From NCBI GenBank assembly GCA_963514005.1, contig OY740817.1, positions 14,570,001 to 14,634,000 of the forward strand: 64,000 nucleotides of DNA, written 5' to 3'. The translations under genes were made by a program, and so were the position numbers. The notes below the pieces were generated by a model. It had not been told where the DNA came from. It saw only the letters and a program-made list of their open reading frames with translations, and searched no databases. The DNA comes from Raja brachyura (taxonomy: Eukaryota). Positions 39,626 through 52,146 of the stretch are shown here, one piece after another; position 1 is the stretch's first letter, and each line of letters begins with the position of its first letter.

Positions 39626-39944
39626 CTACACAGCCATTGTTCCCATTGGTGCTCAGAATAATGATTCAGACATTCATGACAAATACCAGGTGCAGTAATT
39701 GTTGGTACATCCAGTAACGGCAGAAGTCATCCATTACATGACCGTATTCTTACAGTTTACAACTTCCCCTTGTGTAGGAAGGAACTGCAGATGCTGGTTT
39801 ACACAGAAGACAGACACAAAATGCTGGAGTAACTCAGCGGGACAGGCAGCATCTCTGGAGGGAAGGAATGGGTGAGACCTTTCTCCAGACACCACCGCTG
39901 TTATTACAAAGAAAAGCTTAAAAACAAAGATCATGAATCTTTAC

Positions 39945-40283
39945 CTGTTACTTGTAGTGTGACTGCAACTCGTAGAACCACGCTGTAGCCCCCAGTGGGG
40001 TGTTTCAACTGAATGAAGCACGTGTACGTGGCTGCGTCGCTCACTCGGAGGTCGGTGAGAAGAAGGGAGAAGTTGCCGTGTTTGAACTCTGCGGTGAACA
40101 GCCTTGCCCTGGTGCCCAGGCCCGATGTGTGGTCCTCTCTGCCCACATGGAAGGAATGGATTAACCGCTTGTCCACCTGCCAGTAAACGCGAATATCATT
40201 GTTGGCTTGTTTCCCCACGTTGGTGTCCAGACAGGGCAGGAGGGCACTTTCACCCACAAAACCCGTGAGGTTAGACGGCGACA
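39945..40283 (-). CDS. B7-family gene, second IgV exon (recent duplicate)
   Basis: 339 nt, phase 1-1, intact CCCCAG| and |GTAAAG. LLPC..DIRVYWQ..RARLF..GNFSLLL..SDAATYTC. Confidence 0.85.
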
Positions 40284-40949
40284 CTGGGGATAAAATAAGG
40301 ACAAAATAAGCCAGGGTCTCGTCCACTCATTCATTCTCCCCACAGATGCTGCCTGTCCCGCTGAGTTACTCCAGCATTTTATGACTATCTTCGGCTGAAA
40401 CCAGCATCTGTAGTTCCTTCCTACACATTTTTTTTAGTTTAGAGATACAGCGCGGAAACAGGCCCTTTGGCCCACTGAGTTCACGCCAACCAGTGATCCC
40501 CGCACACTAACACACTAGGGACAATTTACAATTATACCAAGCCTACAAACCTGTACGTCTTTGGAGTGTGGGAGGAAACTGGGGATCCTGGAGAAAACCA
40601 ACACAGGTCACAGAGAGAACGTGCAAACTCCGTACAGACAGCACCCGTAGTCAGGATTGTCCCCGGGTCTCTGGCTCTGTGAGGCAGCGACTCTACCGCT
40701 GCGCTACCGTGCCACCCCGGTGTTTCCCAACTGCGCTGAATGCCATTTTAAATTCTCAATGGCCCTTTCACTACTTCCAATTGTTCTACTACCCTCGATT
40801 GCCCAAAATAGGTGCGAGGGGCAAAGTTTAAAGAAGAAGTGAGAGGGCAGTTTTTTTACAGAGTGTGGTGGGTGCCTGGAATGCAGTGCCAGGGGTGGTG
40901 GTGGAGGCTGATATGATAGTGGTGTTGAAGAGGCTTTTAGTTAGGCACA

Positions 40950-43215
40950 CGGACCATAATATGGTTGAGTTCTTCATTAGGATAGAGAGTGACATTGTTA
41001 ATTCAGAAACAATGGTTCTGAACTTAAAGAAAGGTAACTTTGAGGGTATGAGAAGTGAATTGGCCAAGATTGACTGGCAATCAATTCTAAAAAGGTTGAC
41101 GGTGGATACGCAATGGAAGACATTTAAAGACTGCATGGATGAACTACAAAAATTGTTCATCCCAGTTTGGCAAAAGAATAAATCAGGGAAGGTAGTGCAT
41201 CCGTGGATAACAAGGGAAATCAGGGATAGTATCAAAGCAAAGGATGATGCGTACAAAGTAGCCAGAAAAAGCAGCATACCAGAGGACTGGGAGAAATTCA
41301 GAGACCAGCAGAGGAGGACAAAGGGCTTGATTAGGAAAGGAAAAATAGATTATGAAAGAAAACTGGCAGGGAACATAAAAACTGACTGCAAAAGTTTTTA
41401 TAGATATGTGAAGAGAAAGAGATTAGTTAAAACAAATGTAGGTCCCTTGCAGACAGAAACATGTGAGTTGATCATGGGGAACAAGGATATAACTACTTTG
41501 GTTCCGTCTTCACTAAGGAAGACATAAATAATCTGCCGGAAATAGCAGGGGACCACGGGTCAAAGGAGGAATTGAGTGAAATCCAGGTTAGTCGGAAAGT
41601 GGTGTTGGGTAAATTGAATGGATTAAAGGCCGATAAATCCCCAGGGCCAGATAGGCTGCATCCCAGAGTACTTAAGGAAGTAGCTCCGGAAATAGTGGAT
41701 GCATTAGTGATAATCTTTCAAAACTCTTTAGATTCTCGAGTAGTTCCTGAGGATTGGCGGGTAGCAAACGTAACCCCTCTTTTTAAGAAGGGAAGGAGAG
41801 AGAAAACGGGGAATTACAGACCAGTTAGTCTAACATCGGTAGTGGGGAAACTGCTAGAGTCAGTTATTAAAGATGGGATAGCAGCACATTTGGAAAGTGG
41901 TGAAATCATTGGACAAAGTCAGCATGGATTTACGAAAGGTAAATCATGTCTGACGAATCTTGTGGAATTTTTCGAGGATGTAACTAGTAGCGTGGATGGG
42001 GGAGAACCAGTGAATGTGGTGTATCTGGACTTCCAGAAGGCTTTCGACAAGGTCCCACATAAGTGATTGGTATACAAACTTAAAGCATACGGCATTGGGG
42101 GTTCAGTATTGATGTGGATAGAGAACTGGCTGGCAGACAGGAAGCAAAGAGTAGGAGTAAATGGGTCCTTTTCACAATGGCAGGCAGTGACTAGTAGGGT
42201 ACCGCAAGGCTCAGTGCTGGGACCCCAGCTATTTACAATATACATTAATGATCTGGATGATGGAATTGAAGGCAATATCTCCAAGTTTGCGGATGACATT
42301 AAGCTGGGGGGCAGTGTTAGCTGTGAGGAGGATGCTAGGAGAGTGCAAGGTGACTTGGATAGGCTGGGTGAGTGGGCAAATGTTTGGCAGATGCAGTATA
42401 ATGTGGATAAATGTGAGGTTATCCACTTTGGTGGCAAAAATAGGAAAATAGACTATTATATAAATGGTGGCCGATTAGGAAAAGGGGAGATGCAGCGCGA
42501 CCTGGGTGTCATGGTACACCAGTCATTGAAAGTAGGCATGCAGGTGCATCAGGCAGTGAAGAAAGCTAATGGTATGTTAGCTTTCATAGCAAAAGGATTT
42601 GAGTATAGGAGCAGGGAGGTTCTACTTCAGTTGTATAGGGTCTTGGTGAGACCACACCTGGAGTATTGCGTACAGTTCTGGTCTCCAAATCTGAGGAAGG
42701 ACATTATTGCCATAGAGGGAGTGCAGAGAAGGTTCACCAGACTGATTCCTGGGATGTCAGGACTGTCTTATGAAGAAAGACTGGATAGACTCGGTTTATA
42801 CTCTCTAGAATTTAGGAGATTGAGAGGGGATCTTATAGAAACTTACAAAATTCTAAAGGGGTTGGACAGGCTAGATGCAGGAAGATTGTTCCCGATGTTG
42901 TGGAGGTCCAGGACAAGGGGTCACAGCTTAAGGATAAGGGGGAAATCCTTTAGGACCGAGATGAGAAGGACTTTTTTCACACAGAGAGTGGTGGGTCTCT
43001 GGAACTCTCTGCCACAGAGGGTAGTTGAGGCCAGTTCATTGGCTATATTTAAGAGGGAGTTAGATGTGGCCCTTGTGGCTAAGGGGATCAGAGGGTATGG
43101 AGAGAAGGCAGGTACGGGATACTGAGTTGGATGATCAGCCATGATCATATTGAATGGTGGTGCAGGCTTGAAGGGCCGAATGGCCTACTCCTGCACCTAA
43201 TTTCTATGACTATGA
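40950..43215 (+). mobile_element. CR1 LINE, 5'-truncated ORF2 with frameshift and stop
   Basis: DHNMVEF, KSPGPD, NYRPVSLTS, QHGF, DFQKAFDKVPH, PQGSVLGP, FADD, RPHLEYCVQFW and a CR1 tail. Confidence 0.95.
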
Positions 43216-43879
43216 CTCTATATGCAGGGAACGGAGGAATATTGATCATGAGAAGGCAGGGGAGATCAGTTTTACTTTGCATCATGCTTGGGACACACAT
43301 TGTGGGCCGAAGGGCCTGTTCTGTGCTGGATTCTCATAAGTTCATAAGTGATTGGAGCAGAATTAGGCCATTCGGCCCATCAAGTCTACTCCACCACTCA
43401 ATCATGGCTGATCTATCTCTCCCTCCTAAACCCATTCTCCTGCCTTCTCCCCATAACCCCCAACATCTTCTACAACTTTGCCACCAGCTACAGCCGGTGA
43501 TGGCATAGTTATGGGGCGTGAAATAGGAGCTCAACAAATCAAAGAATGAAGACAGAACGGAATCGTCATCTCAGTGAAAGACAATACAAGTTTCTTTTAT
43601 TCTATGGATCCCAGAAATGACAAACAGAAAATACTTATCAGGTCAGGCAGCATCTATGGGAAGAGAAGTATTCAACGTTGTAGGTTGAAGAGCCAAGAGA
43701 CATTTAGTTTAGTTTATTGTCACGTGTACCGAGGTACATTGGAAAGCTGTTTTTGTTGCGTGATATCCAGCCAGCGGAAAGACTATACATGATTACAATC
43801 GAAGAAAGCTCTCAATCCGAAACGTCACCTATCAATATTCTCCAGAGATGCTTATTCTCCAGAGATCCCTATTCTCCAG

Positions 43880-45125
43880 AGATACATCGACGACTGATTT
43901 GGTGTCACCTCCTGCACCCATACTCAACTGACTGACTTCATCCGTTTCACCACCAACTTCCATCCGGCACTCAAATACACCTGCACCATTTCCGACACTT
44001 CCCTACGATTCCTTGACCTCACCATCTCCATCGCAGGGGATACACTCCTGACCGACATCCACTATAAATCCACTGACTCCCATGGCTACCTGGACTACTC
44101 TTCCTCCCACCCTGCTTCCTGTAAGGACTCCATCCCCTATTCCCAATTCCTCCGTCTACGCCGCATCTTGCTCCCAGGATGAGGTGTTCCACACCAGGGC
44201 ATCACAAGTGTCCTCGTTCTTCAGAGAACATCCCCTCCCTCACTATAATTGAGGCTCACACCAGGGTCTCCTCCATACCCTGCAACACTGCCCTCTCTCC
44301 CCATCCCCCCACTCGCAACAAGGGCAGAGTCCCCTTGGTCCTCACCTTTCACCCCACCAGCCGGTACATACAACACATAGTCCTCCGCCAGTTTCGCCAC
44401 CTCCAACATGACCCCTCCACTCGCCACATCTTCCCATCTCCCCCCATCTGCCTTCCGCAAAGACCGCTCCCTCCGCAACTCCCTTGTCAATTCTTCCCTT
44501 CACTCCCACTCCACCCCTTCCCCGGGCACTTTCCCTTGCAACCGCAAGAGATGCTACACTTGTCCCTTTACCTCCCCCCTCCACTCCTTTCAGGGACCCA
44601 AGCAGTCCTTCCAGGTCCGACAGAGGTTCACCTGCACCTCCTCCAACCTCATCTACTGCATCCGTTGCTCTAGATGCCAGCTGATCTACATCGGTGAGAC
44701 CAAGCGGAGGCTTGGCGATCGTTTCGCCGAACACCTCCGCTGGGTCCGCAATAACCAACCCGACCTCCCGGTGGCTCAGCACTTCAACTCCCGCTCCAAT
44801 TCCGTATCCAACCTCTCTGTCCTGGGCCTCCTCCACGGCCAGAGTGAGCAACACCGCAGGTTGGAGGAACAGCACCTCATATTCCGCTTGGGGAGTCTGC
44901 ATCCTCTTGGCATGAACATCAAATTCTCTCAATTCTGTTAACCCTGGCTGTCTCCTCCCCCTCCTACCTCTCCCTCAGCCCTCTCCTCCTCCTTTTTCCT
45001 TTCTTCCCCCTGCCTCCCCCCACCCCCTATCAGTCTGAAGAAGGGTTTCGGCCCGAAACGTTACCTATCTCCTTCGCTACTTAGATGCTGCAGCACCCGC
45101 TGAGTTACTCCAGCATTTTGTGTAC
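43880..45125 (+). mobile_element. Penelope-like element 3' half (RT C-terminus, GIY-YIG endonuclease, tail with hammerhead motif)
   Basis: RYIDD, FLDL, PCNRKRCYTC, NLIYCIRCSRCQLIYIGETKRRLGDRFAEH. Confidence 0.92.
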
Positions 45126-45355
45126 CCTCCAGAGATGCTGCCTGACCTGCTGAGTTACTCCAGCAATTTGTATCTATCTTCAGTGTAAACCAGCATCTGC
45201 AGTTCCTTCCCACACATGATTACAATGTACAGATACAGGATAAAGGAAATAACCTTTAGTGCAAGATAAAGTCCAGTAAAGTCAACTTGAAATGTTACGG
45301 TTGTTGTCTATATTGAGGGAGTTTTTCCAAGGAGAGATTTTTTTTCCCCACTTAC

Positions 45356-45652
45356 TTGCAGTAAAGGTTTCAGTTTGCTCCTCCTTCAGCCTGGTGTTGT
45401 AAATGCTACAGGTGATGCAGTGTACTCCAGCGGACACCCACAGGACCGAGGTTACGTTGCACAGTCTCTCCGGGGAGCAGTCGGTGTGGGTTGTGGCCGT
45501 GCTGTTCGGATCCAGGTTCAGGGACCCGCAGGTCCAGCCCACCGCTGGGGCTGGATACCCTCCCCAGGAGGAGCAGGTCAGCCTCAGCACCCCTCCTGCA
45601 CCTTGCTGCCCCTCCGACAGATCCGTACTCAGGGTTGGCTTGGCAAAGTGAG
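45356..45652 (-). CDS. B7-family gene, IgC exon
   Basis: 297 nt, phase 1-1, CATTCCAG| and |GTAAGT. AHFAKPTL..LRLTCSSWGGYPAPAVGW..LCNVTSVL..ITCSIYNTRLKEEQT resembles the ICOSL/CD80/CD86 C domain (C..GYP.P...W). Confidence 0.9.
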
Positions 45653-45732
45653 CTGGAATGGAACAGCAGCGTTAACATGAACAAGACAGCGCTGACTGGC
45701 TGGCACCCAACAAACGCCTTTCACTGTTCCTC

Positions 45733-46130
45733 GATAGACTTTTATTTTAAATTTCAAAATATACTTTCTTCGAGAAATAAATATATCCAACACATGATCC
45801 TTACATCCAACATTCTCGGATGCTATACATACATTCAATACTGTTTACACAAATCACACAATTTTACCCCACACCCTTGCCACTCATGTGGCCCACTTGC
45901 ATGGAATCCCTTCCCTTATTTAGAGGGGCGTCTCCACCATACCGTGCCCCCATGTCCCGCAGTGGAAGGGCCCTAGACTGTGGCCCTCCCCCACCGAGCC
46001 TTGGCGTTGGCTGCACCGAGCTTCAGTGTGTCCCTCAGCACGTACTCCTGCAGTCTGCAGCGGGCCAGTCGGCAACATTCCCCGACGGACATCTCGCTCT
46101 GCTGGGGGGTCAACAAAGCTCGGGCCAGAC
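45733..46130 (-). mobile_element. Tx1-clade LINE 3' fragment
   Basis: Homologous to 6960-7370. Confidence 0.8.
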
Positions 46131-46369
46131 ACGTGCCCAGGGTAGGCAGTCAGTCGGCAAACTGTTCTCCTTTCCGTAAAATTAAAATAAAGAAAGTAAC
46201 AATTCAATTTCCCCAAGGCTTCCAAACCTCCATCCTTCTGAATTAGTGAATGGGTGGGGGGTGGAGGGTGGCGGCAGGTGGAGAGATGGTGGGAAAAACA
46301 GGAGCACTCCGGGACAAGTTGAATCAGTTGTGATCTTATTGAATGACAATACTTGTTCAAGGGGCCAAT

Positions 46370-46930
46370 TGGGGGGGAGAGTTCCTTTCACAGCGTGTGG
46401 GGAGTCTGGCCAGGGGAAAGTAACGGGGAGGGCAGGAGCGTTGAGAAGGAGGGGGTCGGGGATCATGCCAGTATCCCACTCAATCATCGCTACCGCGGCG
46501 CTCTGGGCACGGAGCTACCGCATTGTGCCGGGGAGGTAAGCAGCTCATGTCGCTGCGAGCGGCCGCCGGGACCTCAACGCCTTCTGCCGGCCCACTCACC
46601 TCTGGCAGTGCTCTCCATCTGAACAGGGAGGGGACCAGCTCAAGAGCAAAGATCATAGAGCGGAGCGGGTCAGCGGGTGATGGATAACAGGACTGCAGAG
46701 CTCACGCCTGTGTCAGAGCGAACAAGGGACCAATTGAGGTTACTCACACAGACATACGGAGTAAGCTCCACCGCCCGCTGTCCTGTTATCCATCGCCCGC
46801 TGGCCCGCTCTTGAGCTGGTTGCTGCAATGATCCCCGACCCCCTCCTTCTCAACGCTCCTGCCCTCCCCGCATCTTTTTCCCTGGCCAGACACCCCACAC
46901 GCTGTGGGAGGAACTCTTCCCCCCCCCCCA
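46370..46930. repeat. GC-rich element with nested inverted repeats, class unknown
   Basis: 46425-46466 versus 46828-46870, and 46657-46703 versus 46764-46811, are reverse complements. Confidence 0.6.
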
Positions 46931-47252
46931 ACCCCCAACCCCAGCGGCACTGTCCTTTTACAGCCGCTTGGTCTGCGCATGCGCAGTACGCAGTTGACGG
47001 TCCAAAGCCAGATTTTCAGCCGCCTTCAGCTCGCCTTGAAATTGACGGCTTGAAGCAGCGTCCACGGCACGTGGGCTGCACACACTTTCCCGTCTTACAT
47101 GTACTGCGCATGAAAGGCACGGAGAATTATGCCTACCTAAGAGATCGATCTCTTAATTTTCCCAATTCTGCCATTCGCTTGCCCAATTCCCCAGTTGAAC
47201 TTGACCCTGGTGCATCTATAAACTACCTTCCTCACTGTCCACCACACCTCGA

Positions 47253-50200
47253 ATTTTACTTCTGAGTCACGTGAGTGACTACGTGAAGAAGCCCCGCCTG
47301 GCGCTTGATCGGCATTACGTCGATGCTGTCGGTAGGGAAAGAGCTGCAGAGCGCAGCTCCACCAGCGGTAAGGAAACGGCCCACAGGTAAATAAATTATT
47401 TTTACTTCCAGGGCATTTCAAACTCCGTGAGGCTGGTGGGAAAAGACCAGGAGGAGTTTAAAAATAAAAATGGAGAAAGCTCCTAAAAAATCGCGGGTAA
47501 AACGTGCATCCCGGGGTGGAGAAGAAAAATAGTCGGGACAGCAGATTATTACGGAAACGGTTCCGATACCGGTGGCCGTTGAAATACCTGTTAGTGAGCC
47601 TTTGGTTGCTCCACAAGCAGAAGCCACCGAGGCAAATCCAGTGCCTAAAAAAATGTTAAAGAAAATCTGAGAGGCCCGTGGTTTCTGATGACTCTGATAC
47701 TGAAAATCCTCCAGATAGAAAAGCCTTATGGCTTAGAATGGATCAAATGGAAAATGATCCAGACAAAAATCAACCAAGGGTCTAAAAAACCCAGAATATT
47801 CCCAGGCAGCCCCTCAGGGGGTTCCATATCATGAATATGGTGCCAGTTTGAATTGAGAATTTGAAACTCCAGACTCTGGGATTGGGCTGGAGAAAGTCCT
47901 TGAGCAAAGTCTCAGGAGTACCAGGGCTGCATGAGACTGATCCTGAAGGTGGTGATTTCGGTCATGAGTAGCCACCACAATACAAAAATATTGCTCCAGG
48001 TGTGTCTGATGTGGCACAAAGTTTCTATACCTGGAGGAGGCTGCGAGGCCATGTAAGAAAACCTGGCGGCCAACATAAATTATTTGGTCTCTCACCAGCT
48101 TCAAGAAGCTGTTATGGTTGATACAGCAGAATTATTATACCTCAATGAAGGTACCCACGGTAAATTCGGCTATTTGGCGCCAATGTCATCAATTATGCGA
48201 ACGCAGGAAATATGATTTCGGCTGGGACCACTACTTTTGGAAGGCAAGTGGAAGATTGTGGAATGACCAAAGTTCAGAAGGATATGTTGGCATTGTTCTG
48301 CAACTCAATATTTGAGATTAATTGTATGAGGAAGATTGCCATTCGGCCTATTTTACATCCAAGATTTGCAGGTTTGTGCAGATCAAGCAATGTTCAAGCT
48401 CCTGGTTATTTGTTTGGAATAAAATCTGTTTAAATAAAGAAAGAGATTGATAAAGAGGCAAAGACTATTGACTTCATGAAACCCTTCGTTTTGGCCAAAG
48501 AAGGGCCGGTCAAACGAGAAGGGGATTTTGAGTTGGAGCTGGAACAAGCCGAGGCAGGAGTATGGTAAGGAAATATTACCAACCATCACAGCTGAATGTT
48601 ACCCATATGTTGGGAGAAGGAGACCACCACGTCCGGTTGGAGAGGTACAAAAGCTTTATCCTATTACAGAAGAATCTTTGGATGAACCTCAGATTGGTAG
48701 TAGTCGACAAATGTTTTATGATAAATGGGACTGTATAACATCTGACCGTGTTATATTAGGTACTGTCTTAGGATCTACCATTGATTTTGTAGAAGGTATT
48801 GATCCACAAGGACAGAATAAGCCTAATAGTTTTTGGTGTAAAAAAGGAGTTATCGAGAAATCAAGTGAGGATCCACAACAATTTGTATCAAATATTTTCC
48901 CCAGAGCAAAGAAAGATGGGGGTTGTACAATCATTTTAGACCTCACACTTTTTAATACATTTGTCCAGTATAAACATTTTAAAATGGATACCTTCAACAC
49001 TGCAGTGCAGCTGGTATCAACAGATTGTGACATGGATACAATAGATTTGAAGGATGCATATTATTCAGTACCAATTCATCGTCACTTTCGCAGGTATTGA
49101 AATTTAATTGGATGGGACAGCTGTGGTAATACAAAGTATTACCTAATGGGTTAAGCTCAGCTCCTAGGTTGTTCACTAATTGTTGAAACCAGCACTTGCA
49201 CTGCTCAGGGCACAAAAACACATTGTTATGGCTTATCTAGATGACATTTTAATTGTCAATGCTAATCAGGAGACAGCTGAAAAATCAGTCTCGGCGACTA
49301 CAAGTCTGTTTGTAAGGCTAGGTTTCCTGATTCATCCAACAAAATCTAAAGTTACAGCCATCCCAAACTATTGAATATTTGGGGTTTGTGATTAATTCAG
49401 TTACCATGTTAGTAACTTTACCAATAGACAAGATTGCTGATATTACAAATGTATGTCGGTGCCTTATTGACAAACCTTATCCCTCCATCCGAGAAGTTGC
49501 TAATGTTATTGGTAAATTAGTAGCAGCATTCCCTGCAGTAGAATTTGGTCCACTGCATTACCAAAATCTCAAAAGGGCAAAAACACAAGCGCTTATACAG
49601 CGAGCAGGCCATTTTGATAGGCCCATGCAATTGCCAAAGGAAGCTTTATTAGAATTGTATTGGTGGATTGAGAATGTTCCACAAGCTATTAAAAACATTT
49701 TGGTTCAGCAGCCAGCAGTGATTTTGCAAGCTGATGCAAGTTCTCTCGGATGGGGTGCTACGGATAATGATACCAGCTGTGGGGGCAGATGGATTGTCCA
49801 AGAGGATTTATTTCTCCAAACATATGGTATAAATTATTTGGAGTTACTGGGAGCATTTTATGGATTAAAAGCTTATTGTTCTACTATGAAGGATTTGCAT
49901 GTCCAATTACAAGTAGACAATACCACAGCTGTGGCATATATCAATCACATGGGTGGAGTAAGATCATTATCATGTGATCATCTGGTTAACCAGGTGTGGC
50001 ATTGGTGTATTGGTAAGAATATTCAGTTTTCAGTTATTTATCTCCCAGGGAGAGACAATATTGTGGCAGATAAAAGATCACGAAAATTTAAAGACAGTAC
50101 AGAATAGATGTTAAATCCAAAAATTTTCAAAAATGTTGTTGGTACCGGACATATCAGTTGGAGTACCGGACATTGATCTGTTTGCATCTAGATTAAATCA

Positions 50201-52146
50201 CCAATTGCCCAAATACGTGTCTTGGGAACACGATCCAGGGGCAGTAGCGGTGGATGCTTTCTCGCTACACTGGTGGAATACGTTCTTTTATGCCTTTCCC
50301 CCATTCTGTCTGTTTGGGCAATGTCTCAAGAAAATAGCGCAAGAGCTGCCAAGGGCATTTTGGTGGGGCCAAATTGGCCTACACAGTCATGGTTCCCATT
50401 GAGGCTTAAAATGATTATTGAACCATGTATGACGATTCCTAGTTGCAACGATTGTTGATACAACCAGTAACAAAATAAATTCATCCATTGCATGATCATA
50501 TGAATTTGTTAATCTGCAGCTTCTGACCAGACCGTTGCAAGAGCTTGGACTGTCGGATAGGACCATGGATGTTATAGCTGCAGCTTGGAGAAATAGCACT
50601 AAAAAAAACAATATATGTCGCATATAAAGAAATGTGAAGTCTTCTGTAGGCAGTCAAAGATATCTTATCATACTGCGAACATATCAAATGTATTGGAGTT
50701 CCTTGCTGGGTTGCATTTTGATGAGCACTTAAGTTATAGTGCCATTAATAGTGCGCGTAGTGCTTTGTCGTCCTATTTAGGACAATTGGGTCTCACCCAT
50801 TAATATCCCGGTTCATGAAAGGAATTTTAATAAAAATCCTCCCAAGCCCAGAGATACAGAAATTTGGGATGTTAGCATTGTTCTCACTTTGCTTAGGCAA
50901 TGGACTCCAATTACTTCAATGTCTTTGCAAAGGTTAACATTCAAGGTAGTAATGTAATGGCATTAGTGTCAGCTCAAAGAGTACAAACTTTGCAATTGTT
51001 ACGGTTAGATTGCATGCATGTGGCTTCAGATAACATTGTGTTTTATGTTTATCATCTGATCAAACAAAGCAGACAAGGAAAAACTGGAGCCAAGGTAATG
51101 TTTAAAGCATATCCTATCGATGAAACATTGTGGGTAGTTAAGCATTTAACTAAATATATTGAAGTTAACTTATCATTGTACCGCTGCTGACAGATTCATT
51201 TCACTTGCACTTTGTGTGCAATGTGACGAATAAAACTGATTGATTGATTGAAGTAACCAAAATCTCCGAGGTGCTGAGACAGCGTTACTGATAACGCACA
51301 AAAAACCACATACAAAAGTTGCAGTTCAAACCATTTCTAGATGGTTAGAACAGGTTTTGGATTTAGCAGGAGTGGACACTGATGAGTTTAAGTTTCACTC
51401 CACTAGGGCTGCAGCTGCGTCCGCGGCGAAGGTACAGGACGTACCACTCGATCAAATTTTAGAGGCCGCAAGGTGGTGTAAAGAAGAAACTTTTTCAAAG
51501 TTCTACGATAAACCTATTGTCACGGTGCCAGGATTTGGACACACAGTGTTGGGTTCGCTTTAAATGCTTGCTTTGTTTTATATTATCGATTTATGTTATC
51601 ATTTGATATCATTATCACTTGTTGTAAAATTTTTCCCCTGGGATAGAGGGGTTATTATTTTAAAAATTGTTATTTTTATGATTAAAAGACTTATTACATA
51701 AATTGAAACAATGTTTTAAAAAATATTATTTACTCACTACTGTATTGACTACACAGAGTGTCGTATGGAATGAATCTACGACATAAAAAACACAGAGCTT
51801 TAAAATCTTCATGTAGTCACTCACGTGACTCCGAAGTAAAATAGTAAGATTAAACGAGAACTTACCTGTTCGAAGTTTGATCTTTATTTTATGAGGAGTT
51901 ACGATGAGGGATGACGTGCCCTCCGCTCCCAACCCTCATAATATAAATGATCATCTGGTAGTTCTAGCCTATGTTGAGCCTTACTATCTTACTCCGGCTA
52001 TTGGTTCTGTGTTTTTCATGCCGCTGCTTTGAAGTATGCCGATCCAGCGCCAGGCGGGGCTTCTTCACGTAATCCCTCATCGTAACTCCTCATAAAATAA
52101 AGATCAAACTTCGAACAGGTAAGTTCTCGTTTAATCTTACTATTTT
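47253..52146 (+). mobile_element. DIRS-like retrotransposon C, structurally complete, ORFs disrupted
   Basis: Left ITR from 47253. Gag, RT (IDLKDAYY, YLDD), RH, MT, YR (HSTR..W..FY). ICR at ~51807-51912 is complementary to both termini. Right ITR plus extension ~52037-52146. Both ends read ATTTT. Confidence 0.95.

Larger units (their letters stand above)
35411..39756 (+). mobile_element. DIRS-like retrotransposon B, heavily decayed and truncated before YR
   Basis: Same left ITR as A and C. Residual RT/RH/MT similarity (LPNGLNSA, NYLELLGAFY, DNTT, DAFSLHWG). Confidence 0.85.
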
